From Octopus sinensis (Eukaryota), in contig NC_043000.1 in the NCBI RefSeq assembly GCF_006345805.1, forward strand, positions 83,514,001-83,578,000: a stretch of DNA of 64,000 nucleotides, read 5' to 3'. A program made the translations under genes and the position numbers. Positions 25,374-38,500 of this stretch are shown here, piece by piece. Numbering within the stretch: position 1 is the first letter of the stretch; the number at the start of each line of letters is the position of its first letter. The notes beneath the pieces were generated by a model that saw only the letters and a program-made list of their open reading frames with translations, was not told the origin of the DNA and made no database searches.

Positions 25374-25769
25374 TATATGTGTGTGTGTATTTATATTATA
25401 TATATATATTATATATATATATATATATATATTAATATAGATATATATGTAGATTTATATAATCTGGTGGTAATCACAAAAAGAGTTCTTTTAGTGGCCC
25501 AGGCTACAAACCATGTTGTACAGTACATAGGATTGTAATGTAGAGTCCTATGCCATTGAAATCCAGTAAATTCAGTCAGTGAAGATTATATATATTCTAT
25601 ATATATATTTATATTTTAATCTTCCATGTGTTAACACGTACCTCCTTGTGACAATGTAAACCTTCATTTAATTAAGATACCTTTGGCCTGTGGTATACAC
25701 CTTGCTTGGATATATACCTCTTTTGAGGCATATGTAGCCTGGATCTTATCTACTCCATTCCTTAACTCT

Positions 25770-25821
<52 letters not shown>

Positions 25822-26125
25822 TATATAGATATGTGTGTGTGTGTTTATCCAAAATGGAGACAAACACCATTCCTCCATATGATCGGTTTGAAAAATTGTT
25901 AAGACATTAAGATATTTTTCATAACATGAAACCAATGGTGGCCTTTATTCACAAATAAAGAAAGTCTATCCACCAATGCAATGTTGAGCACTCATTTTTA
26001 TCCTTCAACATTTACATGTGTGTGTAGATTTATATATGTATGTATGTGAATATAAATGCATGATAGGTGTGTATATGTGTGTTTATCAACATGTATTTAT
26101 ACATATGTGTGTGCATACACGTGTA

Positions 26126-26341
26126 CAGTAATCCCTTGACTATCGCAGGTGTTACGTTCCAAAACCCCCTGCGATAGGTGAAAATCTGTGAAGTAGAAAC
26201 AGTACTGTATTGTATATTTTTAAAATTATTTTTATAATTTGTATATATTTAGCTTATGAATGCAAAATATCACCATGGAAGAATTGACGTAAGTTTTAAT
26301 AAACCATGATAGGTGACCCATGATATGGTGAGGGATTACTG
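26126..26341. mobile_element. Tigger/pogo-like MITE
   Basis: TA|CAGTAATCCCT ... AGGGATTACTG|TA. Confidence 0.75.
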
Positions 26342-27135
26342 TATATAATATATAAATTTAAATTCATAATTAACCACTTCACAAAGCTTAGATTGTTCTT
26401 GTAATTTAAAACTAATTAGAGCAGTATGTCAAAATCTATATAGTTTAGTTATGTCATTATTTTTGTGAAGGTAATTTCATAGACAAGCAAAGGTTTGCAG
26501 GCCTATATATATTAAGTTTGGTACAGTTCTCCTTCCCTCATGTTTATAGAGTGGTCTCTGTCAGATAATACCATGACAACAGCAGTTGAACCTTTTCTGG
26601 TTGTCTCCTCGACAACAGCAATATGACAGTGGGTGGAGGGATGGTGTTATAAATGGCACAATGACTTGATAAATTATACATTAGTAGTGGTAGTAGTAGT
26701 AGTCGTTGCAGTAGTGGCTGGTTTGTGTGCTCAAGCTTGTTATTAGTTGCTGATGAAAATGGTGCATCCACTTGTTTATCTTCCATCTTTTACTTGTTTC
26801 AGTCATTTGACTGTGGCCATGTTGGAGCACTGCTTTGAAGGGTTTTAGTCAAACAAATGAACACCAATGCTTTTTTTTTAAAGCCTGGTATTTATTCTAT
26901 TACTCTCTTTTGTGGAACTAAGTTACAGGGACGTAAGTACACCACACTGGTTGTCAAGCAGTAGGGGGCAAACACAGGCATGAAAACACACATTCGATGG
27001 GCTTCTTTCAGTTTCCATCTACCAAATTCACTCACCAGTCTTTGGTTGGCCTGAGGCTGTAGTAGAAGGCACTTGCCCAAGGTGCCATGCAGTAGGACTG
27101 AACCCAGAACCATGCAGTTGGGGAGCAAGCTTCTT

Positions 27136-28537
27136 TATTTTATCAGATTTGCCATAAAAGCATTACAAAGATAGAAGCAAGTGCGGGCTGGACAATAACA
27201 TGAGATGAAATGATAAACGACATAATGATATTTATGAGAGAGGCAAATCGACGCCCGTCGATCAAAGCCCCTTGATAACATTGTTCTTTTTCCTTTTTCT
27301 GTTTTCTTTTTTACTTTTAAAAACAAAGAAACAACAACACAAATGAGGTAATGAACCTCTAACATTAACATCAATTGAGGCGCTAAACCTCTTATCAATC
27401 TATATTGTTTATGAGGCAATAAACCTCAACACTGTTCACAATATTCAATAAAAATTCAATAACAAAATGAGACGCTAAGCCTCTTACCTTTCTTTCCAAA
27501 CTTGGAACTTTCAATAACACTGAGGCTTTTCAACCTCTTATCACTATTCCTCCTCAACATTGCTTGTGCCCAAATTTCTCTGCCATCACCTACGCCTCAT
27601 ACAAGATCAAACCGGGTGCCGTATCAGCATCACCCTGCTACAAATGATATTCCTCATTGAGTCCCTGCAGCCTATGCATCATGGGCAATGTTATGACCTC
27701 CACAGCTATCTGTGGAGGCCGTTTGGGATCCTGTGTGCAGGCTAAAAGTACTCCCTTATGGTGCTTTTCCGCCACCTTTTCTACCTCTCCGCCTCTATAG
27801 AAGAAGACCAATAATTCATCTTCCTCCGGGGGCAGGATAGTCAATTCTACTGTTGGCGGCACAATTCTTGCCAACGGTGTCTCTTCCCCTGCTGGTGGCA
27901 CAACCCCTACCGATGAGGTTCCGGTATTATGTCACCGACTGCCGGCAATGTCCTGTTTCCCTTCCTCTTCCTCTTTTTTCTTTACAACTGAGGGAGGGTG
28001 CGTCTCCTCCATGACCGGGAGATTCACCTCCCCTTCCTCATCCCTAAGATCCTTCGTTGAGCACCCATTGTTGCTCACCTTCTTCCTCTTGCAGCCCTTC
28101 TTTGAGGAGTCCTCCGCCTCTCTGGCTGCCTTCATTCCCTCTTCTACAGAGGTCTCAATCAACTGCACCAGAACCTTACTTTGTTCCTGGTGACAGTTTT
28201 TCTTTATATGGCCAGGCTCCAGGCACCGATGACACCTGGGTGGGGGAGGGGTGACCCTCAAGAATCACCGGGTACCTGCACCCGGCCATTCTCTAAAAAT
28301 CTGAAAAAAACAGATTGGCTGATTGGGTCCAAAGGGTCAAAACAGCTTTTGATCCAACCTGATCAGCCACAGGAAAAACTTTCACATTAAGAAGCTTGGC
28401 TCCGCTGCCACCGAGACCCCAGCGTATAGTCTCCTCTATCCACTCAGGTTTTATCCCGGGTGGCAATCCGCAGACCCAAGCTCTTGTCGACCTCTTCCCA
28501 CAATACGTGAGAAGAAACAAAATTTCTTTGCCCTTTT
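27136..28537 (-). mobile_element. 1.4-kb ORF1-only non-LTR retro-insertion (CCHC zinc knuckle) with 11-bp TSD
   Basis: GCAAGCTTCTT at 27125-27135 and 28538-28548, splitting a SINE head. Minus strand encodes RAWVCGLPPGIKPEWI...YPVILEG/PPRCHRCLEPGHIKKNC (CX2CX4HX4C), then E/K-rich and C-terminal ORF1 parts. The 3' end has AATAAA. No RT or endonuclease motifs. Confidence 0.75.
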
Positions 28538-30864
28538 GCAAGCTTCTTATCATACAACCACACCTAGGTGTTCATACAATTGTTATTATTGTATTATTAT
28601 TCCATGTCATTATTCCTGGACTGAGTAAACATTCAAAGACTATCCAATCATGGCTATTACCATCCTTCTTTCAGGCAGAACTTCATTGCTGAATGTATCA
28701 TTTGCATTTTAAGATGGTATTATGTTATTTAAGGGAGATTTAGTTGTGAACTTTTGCAGATTGAGGCTCCTTCATTGAATAAAATGTGGAATTTTATTAG
28801 TGGATTATCAGAAAAGGACTCGATGGCTTTATAATAGCTTTTTAATTTGTTTCTTCTCTACATGATTGAAGCTCCAGCCAACCTTTTTGCTGTATGGCTT
28901 CAGTTGATTCCTCATCTCTCTTTCTCATACAAACTTTGTGGTTTCATACTGAGAGAGAGAGAGAGCATATTCTTAAAATAGGATTAGTTCAAGTCTTGAC
29001 AGTTTAAATGACTAAAAATGCTCAATAACTAATATATTTTCATTACTGACATAAATCTTGTAGATGCATTAAAAAAAAAACTTATGAAGATTTTGTTGCA
29101 GAACTATTAAGTAAAGACTTGTTTGATACAACTGTTTAAAGTGAGTGAAAAGGCCATTAGCATTCATCACTTTTCTCAAAGTATACCACAACATTGTCTA
29201 TTATATAAAAAAACCCCAACTTTTTGAAAATCTTTCTAGTCTGCTCTCTTTCTCTCTCTGATTTCATTTTCCTATTTGCAAAAGATAAAAAAAAAGCCAT
29301 CAGTGTTAGAACTGGCCATCAATGAAGATTGCCTAACTACTTTCTTTTAGTAGGAAGGACAGTAGAGTTCCCCTGACAGGTGGTTATAGTAAAAGAAGTA
29401 GGGTGATGAATAAGATTGATAAAATTGAGAGCAGAGTCTTCCTTCTCTAATCAAGCACTTGATTTGCTCAGGTACCACTTAGAAGTCCTGCTGCCAGAAA
29501 GATAGTGAGAATGACAACTATGGCATGGTTGATTGGGTCTATTTTGAGTATGTTACTGTAAACTGAGGGTCATGACTAAATGAGGGTACTTTTTCTTGGT
29601 AATTGGGATAAATTGAGATCTGTAGGCTGCCAAGACAGCTTTTCCCATTTTGGAACACACAAAATATATTTCAGCTTGTTTGTTTTCATATCACAATATA
29701 TGATCCACTCACAAGATTTTGGTCAGCCTGGGGCTACAGAAAAAGATACTTCCTCTAGGTGCTGCACAGTGATACTGAACTAAAAAAACTTGTGGTTGGG
29801 AAGTGAACTTATATACATAAAAAAAAAGACAAAACAGAACAAAGCAAAACAAAACATTGTGTAAAATCTTAATTTTAAATCCTAACCATTTGTAGAATGT
29901 TTTTTTTTTGCAGCATTGGACTTTGGTAGTTCATTCAAATGTTATAAATAACATTTTCATTTGTTAGAGGCTCTAGTCAGCATTCTCTTTATCTGTTTCA
30001 GTATCTGATTTATTTTTATAAAATTAGTAAGCATTATAATTGAAAAAGTAAGCTTCCAGTCAACTTAATCTAAAATGCATCTACTCTAATATCTATTTTG
30101 AAACCATTTTGTTTCTGTTTACTGCCAACTTCTCTCCCATCATACTGATTTTTCTTTCATTCATGAACTTAACAATAAACAATTCATGCTTAGTTTATCC
30201 ATTTTCTCTCATTCTTTTCTTGCAGTTTTATACTTAATTAACTGACAATTCATTTAATTTAGTGCTAAATATCTACACTATATACATCTATCTTACCCTT
30301 CTACTAGCCGTGTTTGAAAAAAGGACCTAAAAGTAGCAGAAAATGTTGGTAGATTCTGTATATTGTATTCCATGGAGTGATAAGAAGCTTGACCAGATTT
30401 GTGAGCCAAAACAAATCTCAGCATTATAGATATTGTGGAGATTTATGATATCTGTAATTCCAAATCCACAAGGAAAGCTCTTTAATAGATCTGTGATTGT
30501 TCTAGAAGAGAGACACTTGAAAAAACAAAAAAAAAACATATAGTAGAAGAGAAGCAAAATACCAGCTGGTTGGTAATGGTATTGGATGCTAAGCTATTCT
30601 TTTCATATTAGTAACAAGCCAGTGAAAGAATCCCTGTGGGGTCACTAGTATCAGCATCTCCATGGTTATTTGCTAGAAATAGCAGCCAAATTGCATCTTT
30701 CATCTTAAAAAGAGAAGGATACTTTGGATAATATAATCTTAGATACATTATATCTTAAAAAAAAAAAAGGTCAAGAGGGTCATGAGAAGAATGCCTTTGA
30801 TTATAGATTGTTCAATTATGCTTCGGCTGCCCCGATCAATTCATTTCCCTAGTACAGGGATTAC

Positions 30865-31210
30865 ATGATGGTATGGCTGGAACCATGTTTCATCAAAACC
30901 ATTTGTCTGAAGACTTCCCCATCATTGGAGGATTAGAACAAGGATGCGTTTTGGCCCTGATGCTCTTCTCCCTGTGCCTTCGGACAATCCAGAAGTCAAC
31001 ATTAGGTATTGATATGATGAGGGATATTTCAGCTTTGCCAGATTGAAGTCACAAAGACTGACCAGGCAGTAAAAGATCATTGAATTTCACTATGCTGATG
31101 ACAATGCAGTGGTCTGTCACTCCAGTTAATATCTTCAACAATCGGTGAATAACTTCAATGCTTACACTTGGTTCAGCCTAAAAGTCAACATCAAAAAGAC
31201 AAAAATCCCT
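30865..31210 (+). mobile_element. RTE-BovB-like RT fragment
   Basis: SEDFPIIGGLEQGCVLALMLFSL; EFHYADDNAVVCHS; LKVNIKKTK. Confidence 0.7.
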
Positions 31211-31590
31211 TTTTTCTTGATTTAGAATGTCATTCTAAGTCAGGAAACTCTTTGAGATAATTATATTAAACTAATTGTTGAATCAGCTACATGACGGTTG
31301 GTTCTTTAGATTGAGAGATTGTGTTTGTCATTTTTTTCTCCAAATATATTCTTCGTCTTTATAAATATCTCATTCACACTTGTATGGAATACTGTTGTCA
31401 CATCGGGGCTGGTACCTCTGCTAGTATTTTCCTCTATTTGGTCAAGTTTAAAATCTAACATTGTTAGTCTTGTTTTGGTAGTTAAACCTCAACACTTTTC
31501 TTGTTGTTGGGACATTGCTTCAATATCTCCATTTCAGGGTTGTTGTTGTGCTCAACTTTCTTCTCTTGTCCCTCCTTTTGAAGTAACTGC

Positions 31591-31660
<70 letters not shown>

Positions 31661-31664
<4 letters not shown>

Positions 31665-31950
31665 AACCCCCCTCTTCAATATGCTATTTCACCATGCATT
31701 ACCCCTCTCTCGATATCCTACGTTCTACTTGCCTAGAACCTGTCCTCTGAACCACCCCTCCCACTGGTGCTCCCCTATATTTCTGCACCCTCCCCACCAC
31801 CATTATAGGTGTCTACTCTTTGAACCCCCCTCTTCAATACGCTATTTCACCATGCATTACCCCTCTCTCGATATCCTACGTTCTACTTGCCTAGAACCTG
31901 TCCTCTGAACCACCCCTCCCACTGGTGCTCCCCTATATTTCTGCCCCCCC
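31661..31950. repeat. Near-perfect tandem duplication, period 158 bp
   Basis: TTTGAACCCCCCTCTTCAAT... starts at 31661 and again at 31819. Confidence 0.9.
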
Positions 31951-31952
31951 CC

Positions 31953-32177
31953 CCATAAAAAGCACCATCCGAACGTGGCTGATGCCAGACCCCTCTGGCA
32001 CCTGTGCAGGTGGCACGTAAAAAACACCCACTACACTCGCGGAGTGGTTGGCGTTAGGAAGGGCATCCAGCTGTAGAAACACTGCCAGACTAGACTGGAG
32101 CCTGGGGCAGTCCCGAGCTCCCCAGACCCCGGTCGAAACCGTCCAACCCGTGCTAGCGCGGAAAACGGACGTTAAAC

Positions 32178-32216
<39 letters not shown>
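31953..32216 (+). mobile_element. Young RTE 3'UTR copy with long (GAT)n tail
   Basis: AAAAGCACC...CCACTACACTCGCGGAGTGGTTGG...GGACGTTAAAC(GAT)n; CpGs retained. Confidence 0.8.
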
Positions 32217-34529
32217 ATTGCAGCATGGAAGATGTTTGTAAGCTATTTAAGAACACACAAAAAACCGTTAGATTCACTTCAACATTTCAATTGAATTTTT
32301 GTCAAAATATTTTCTTCACTTTGAAACGACAACCTGTTCACTGACAAAGCTTTTCACAACATCTAATATATATATATATATATATATATAGTGAAATTCT
32401 GTCTCTCCATCCATCTGGGATCCCTGTATTTCAGCCTACGTTTGCTTTACATAGACACATACCTTTATGGAGTCATGATGATTTGGGAATTGAAAATCAG
32501 CCCTTCATTTGGTTCTTGAATATCCAGCATTGGGATCAGGTCTTGATGAGGATTTGTTCAAATTTTAAAAGAATTCCAAAAACTTGTGCGCTTACATTTT
32601 TTAAATTTAGACTGAATTTAAAGTAATACCATATTGATAGGGTACTAATAAATGCTTTATTATTATTGCTCTCTTTAGTTTTGAGTCACAGGCTTAATTA
32701 GCCCTCCACAGGAACTAGCTTAAAAGTCCACGCAGAGTGCAGCTTTTAAGATAGTATATATGTAAAAGAGACAGCACAGATGTGAGCCAGAGTTTGTAGT
32801 AAATTAGTGAGTCATTGATAATCTGTCTGTAGACAGAGTTTACTGCTGTAAATCAACAGTAGCACCACTTGAGTAACAAGTGTGTTGTTAGCTTGTAGTA
32901 GTACTCCCATAGATTAGTAGGAAGTTCCACAAACTCACTGAAATACAATCATCCTTGAAAATCCTATCAGTCTTTTATAGGTCACAAGAAATCCATCATT
33001 ATTCAATCAAGGTCCTTTCTTTTTTTCAAACTGACATTATATTGGTATCTGAATCGACAGATATTGCCATTATTTTTTTAATACAATGTAGACATTTCGA
33101 ACAATTATTGATTTAGTTTGGATAGAGAAGGAAACATTCATTATAATAATAGAATTACAGACATAGCTGTAGTGTAAATGGGATTATGCAATTGGATCAC
33201 TTCGATAAAGAAGACTAACTGAAGAAAACTTCAGAACAATAACAAAAACTAATATTTATATATGTGTGAAGGAATTTCAACAGATTAGTAATAACAGGAT
33301 GATGTTTTTAGGATGTAATGGTTTTAGTTTAAAAGTACAGACAACAGCAACTATAATAAAACTAATGTTTATTCTTATACAATGTTATTGGTATTAGCCA
33401 TACTAGCATTTTGTTTCTGATATCTCAAAAGGGTCACAAGAATAACTACTTCCACTACCACCACCACCAATATTACTCCTACTTCAGTTAAGATGGGGTA
33501 GAATATGTTGCAGTAATATATTATTCACAACAATAGCAGTAACAACAATAAAATTATAGTTTTTGACAGAATCAAATTGTTACAACCAAAACAAAGCCTA
33601 TGTTTATTAAAATAAGTTAAGTTACAAAGTGAGTAGCAGCCTGAGCAACTGAGATATGATGATATTGGTTTCTTTTGTAAGGGAGATCTAGGATTGATTG
33701 AATCAAATCTCCAGTTTATTGGTACTTATTTTATAAGTCTCATAGAGACAATCCAATGTGGAAGCTTCTATCTCATTTTGAGATGCCAAAAATAGTAACC
33801 AAATTGCCCTCATTTCATATCATACCATATTAAAAAGAAAGAACACATTGGCTAATGTAGTCTTAGATGTGTTTTGCTAAAAATAAAATAAAAACATGAT
33901 TGAAACTGGAAAGCTTGTTATTATAGGTCTACCATATCAAGGCTGACTTGGTGTTGAAAAGCAACCTGTTAAGGATGATACTTAAAATTTATTTCAGTTT
34001 TCTAACAATTTCTATAAACCCATTTTCCTCAATCTGTAACTAATATTGATTAAAGTCTGGTACTCACACATTTTTCAATAAACCCATACTTTTTGATCTG
34101 CAGACAATATTGATTAAATTACCCAAACTCTAAAGTTGTTGAAGAATTGCTAAAGAAATTTGAGAATCAAAATAGATTTTGGTTTAGAATACTTGTCAAT
34201 CAAGATATAAAGCCATTGTCACTTGATTTAGATGTTTGTACAAATTCTTATTTGAATAGGTTTGGTTTTACTATAACTTTTGTCAGCTAATTATATTGCT
34301 ATTAGTAACTAATGTAGCCAGCAACTCTAATCACTCCACTAAGAAGAGGTGTAACTATCTTTAATTTTCACACTAAACTATTTCTTTTTCTATTTGTTCT
34401 TTGTTCTTTTCTTCTCTTTAAAGATTTTAAGCATTTCATATAATTTAAATTTTTTGTCACTATTTATATCTTGTCATATTGGGATGATTTAAGTAAATTT
34501 TCCTATTAGGTTACTAACCCTCACCCCAA

Positions 34530-34920
34530 AGAAACAAGACATTTATTCACAGTATTTTCCTAAAGAGAATGTTAATTCATAGTGTTCCCCCAAACAAAAC
34601 TTATTCAGTATTCCCCAAACAGGACTTCTATTCAATGTCCCCAAAATAGGACTGTTATTCATAGTGTACCCCCAAACAGGTTATTTATTTAGTGTGCCTC
34701 AAAACAGGACTTTATTCAAAGTGTTCAAAACAGGACTTTTATTCAGTGTGCTCTAAAACAAGACATTGATTCAGTTTGCCTCAAAAGAGGACTTTTATTT
34801 ATAGTGTCCCCCCAAAATGACTTTTATTCATAATGTCTCCCCAAACAAGATGTTTATTCAGTGTGCCCCCCAAAAGGACTTTATTCATAGTGTCCCCCCA
34901 AAAGGACATTTAATCAGTCT
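34530..34920. repeat. Degenerate minisatellite, ~14 units of 26-31 bp
   Basis: Consensus approximately AAAACAGGACTTTTATTCATAGTGTCCCCC, head-to-tail with no unique spacers. Confidence 0.85.
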
Positions 34921-37121
34921 CCTATATGACAGAACATTTAAGTAAGCAAATTATAGGATATTTAGTATTTCTTTTAATTTTAATTACTTTTTTCTTATTA
35001 TTTTTTTTCATATTATTAGCTTTTCAATAATTGAAACTCTTATAAAAGGTTTTATGCCCTTTACCATTTATTTATCTTGTAATTAATTGTAGAATGAAAT
35101 TAAATTTTATGCATGAATTCGGTTAAGATTTGAATTATTGTTTTTCTAATTTTCTTTTTATGGTATAGTTTTCAATTTGTTATTGTACAAGAAGATATCT
35201 ATATCATATAACATTTATAACACACAAGCATACATGCATACTTACATACATGTGCATGTGAGTACACATACACACACACATGCATGTAGCAAATGCACTT
35301 ACTTTCATGGTCGTACATGTACACACTTAATCACATGCACACTACACACACCCACACAAATATACATATTTTTCTTGTTTTTTATGTCAGTATTATCAAA
35401 ATGTTTTCAATTTTAGACCATTCCATTACATTTTACTGAAACAAGTGTTTTTGTCGTAATTATTTTAGTATCTGTTTTTTAATACTGTCATGTATTGGAC
35501 AGCTCTGCTACCTTTCCTAAACTAGTTATGCTGATTTAAGTAGAATAACAGAATAATGTACCTTGTCTGGAGTTCTAAATTTCAAGTGATAACCATATAG
35601 TCAGCTCTCTTTATATATTTTCAACATTATTTCAAGTACAGAGTCAAATATTTTGTTGTTGTTATAAGCAAATTAGTTTATTTAGGAATATGTTTGATGG
35701 ACTCAACTTTTAAATCTTAAGGAAGATTTTGTGAAAAGTGAGGTTTTATGGTTTTTTTTTGATGTAGTGGGATTCAGAAATCTTTAAATCTCTACTGATG
35801 AAAACCTATAACTAACTGGCTTTCCATTGGTTTATGGTAATGAGGGTTTGCCAGCTGAGTGGACTGGAGCAATGTGAAATAAAATGTCTTGCTCAAGGAC
35901 ACAATGTGCAACAGGGAATCGAACCCATGATCTTACGATCGTGAGCCAAATACCCTAACCTCCGAACCAAATGCCTTCATGTAAGAAAATATAAAAACTA
36001 CAAAATTTAAAAAAATGATCATCATCATTTTAGCTTCACTTTTCCATTCTTACATGGGTTGGACTTTTCTCTTGATGAAGCAAATTTCCTACACCAGATG
36101 CCTTTCCTTTCTCATAACCAGATGCATTTTCACAGCAGATTGGAAATAAAGGACTCTGCTTGCACAATGGAGACATTTGTTTTCAACAATCACACAATGT
36201 CAAGGCAAGGTAACAGTTGCACATGCACAAACACACACGCATATACATACATATGTATATATTTTTATTGATATTTAGTAGAAGTGACAGAGTGACTCAA
36301 GGTCTGACAGTTTAATGTATTAACCAGACTATCGTATGTTACACATTGTTGGTCAAAATGTGATTCCTTGTCTTGTAGCTTTTAAATGATGTCACTGACT
36401 GGCTAGGCAGGCAGGCAGACAGATGTTTGCTCTAAACAGAATGCTAGTCTGTCACAGGGTTACTCATTTACATCTGAGTAGACTGGAGCAACATGGAATA
36501 AAGTGTTCTCCACCATCAGTTTAGGAATCAAAACCATGATCTTGAGTGCAACACCCCGACTATTAGGTTACATGCTTTCACATGCACATGCATGTGTAAT
36601 GGGCTCTTTTCAGTTTCTGTCTATCTGAGGCTGTAGCAGAAGACACTTCCCCATGCAGTGGGATTGAACCCAGAACCACATGGTTGCAAAGCAAACTTCT
36701 TACCACACAGCCATACCTGTATCTATTATGAGCTATTTGCATTTATAAACTTTATCAGATGAATAAAAATAGAGTTCTGAAGTACCTTTCAGATGATAAA
36801 AAGTGTTTTGTGCAAAAAAAATATTTGTAGATGCAAAGTTCATTATGTATATTCTGTTGTGTCTGGAGAGAGTCATTTTCTTTTTGTGCCTTATATTTTA
36901 ACACACTCACTGGTAAAATTTCCACTTATTCTTTATTTTTATTTTCCTAAAATTCTTGTTCTGTCTTGCAACCTTTTCAATAGTCTTATGTATATGTTGA
37001 ATAGATAGTCAAATAGTTGTGATTTCTATGTCAACATTGTTGTTGAATTTATAATCTCTGACAGTAGATAAAAAAAAAAACAGTTTTCAAACACAACACC
37101 ACACAACACAACACAACATCA

Positions 37122-37170
<49 letters not shown>

Positions 37171-37665
37171 CCTCTCTCTCACACACACTCACACAAAAAG
37201 CTTTCAGAAAGTAGGCCTTGAAAATAATGACAGAGTTCCCACATACAGATAGATACTTTGTGATAAACATGCATGATTACTGCAATGTAGAAGTTGAATT
37301 AATAATAAATTATGCTGGCAGTAAGCTTAAGATACAATTTTCTATGACTCAGTCTGTTGAGCTGTCGATAGACACTGCAAGGACATGCAACTTTCTGCTG
37401 TGTAATATATTAATATTTTCTTTGTAATGTTGAGTAAAAATCTCCTGGTCGGTACACAGCTTCTCAGAGCATAAATATTCTCCTCTTCTTGAACATAGTT
37501 ATCTCACCAAGCAGTTGACCTTATTTGCACAATTGCAAAAATGGTGTTAGTAAGAGTCTATTTTCTAACTTTGTTAGGCTGGTTTTTGAGGTATGATCTA
37601 AAACCTTTTCTTTCATATTGGCATTGAAGCAATAAATATATTGGACGCTTCCCTCATTGCCTTAA

Positions 37666-37869
37666 CCCTTTCATTACCAACCCGGCTGAAACCGCCTCTG
37701 GTTCTGAGTACAAATGTCTTGTTTTCATAAGTTTTGAATTAAAATCTTCCACTTAACCTTAGTCACAATTTATGTTCCTAACACTAGCTGAATGATAACC
37801 AAGTTATTTTACTAAATTCTTTGTTATATTTCAAATTAATTGAAAGAAACACAGAGCATCTCAAAAGGG
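37666..37869 (+). mobile_element. piggyBac MITE family A
   Basis: TTAA|CCCTTTCATTACC ... CAAAAGGG|TTAA; internal sequence nearly identical to 4250-4470. Confidence 0.8.
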
Positions 37870-38500
37870 TTAAGATCAGTGAAAAAGTAAGAAAATATAT
37901 TTCAAACTTTTTTGGTTAGAAAAGGATCCTTTTTATTTTGGAAGATTCAAAACATTAAGTTGACTACATGCTTATTTCTGTTTTACAAAAGCAAAAACAT
38001 AAGCCAACACCAATACCAACAGCAAAGAGAGTTTTGTTAATCATTCCTTGTTTGAGACTGATTTCTTAATTAAATAAAAGAGTAAAGACCCCCTTTGGTC
38101 CTAAATGACCATGGGATTGCATGAGTTCCCCTCTGAAGCACAAGTCCATGCAAGGTTGTTTGTGGAAGATCAGTAGTTGCCCATGCATATATGCCTCCCC
38201 TCTTCACATCATTGATGTTATCCAAAGGAAAAGCAAACACCAACACAGCTTGGCATCAGTTATATCACAACTCATTTCTACTACCCAGTCTGGGAATTGA
38301 ACTCACTACCTCATGATTGTGAGCCCAATGCTCTAACCACTGGGTCATGTGCCTTCACTTAATTAAATATAATGTCCTAAAATTATGAGAAGTCAAGTTC
38401 TGTTTTATAATGAGTTTGATGAAATGGTTATAATTTTGATAAAATGTTTTGAAACTAAAACCTAACAGTAATTATCATTTACCTTTTATTTATTTTTCAG

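Noticed and set aside
31933-32277. Poly-His ORFs (also 9580-10005, 16464-16685, 16578-16850)
   Set aside because: These are the (GAT)n/(CAT)n tails of the RTE 3'UTR repeat.
32470-32620. Possible C/D-box snoRNA (ATGATGA...CTGA; also ~50468-50500)
   Set aside because: Box spacing is atypical, with no terminal stem and no recognisable rRNA/snRNA guide.
34530-34920. Possible CRISPR array (also 61528-61800)
   Set aside because: Units are head-to-tail or have mutually homologous 'spacers'; eukaryotic intron; no cas genes.
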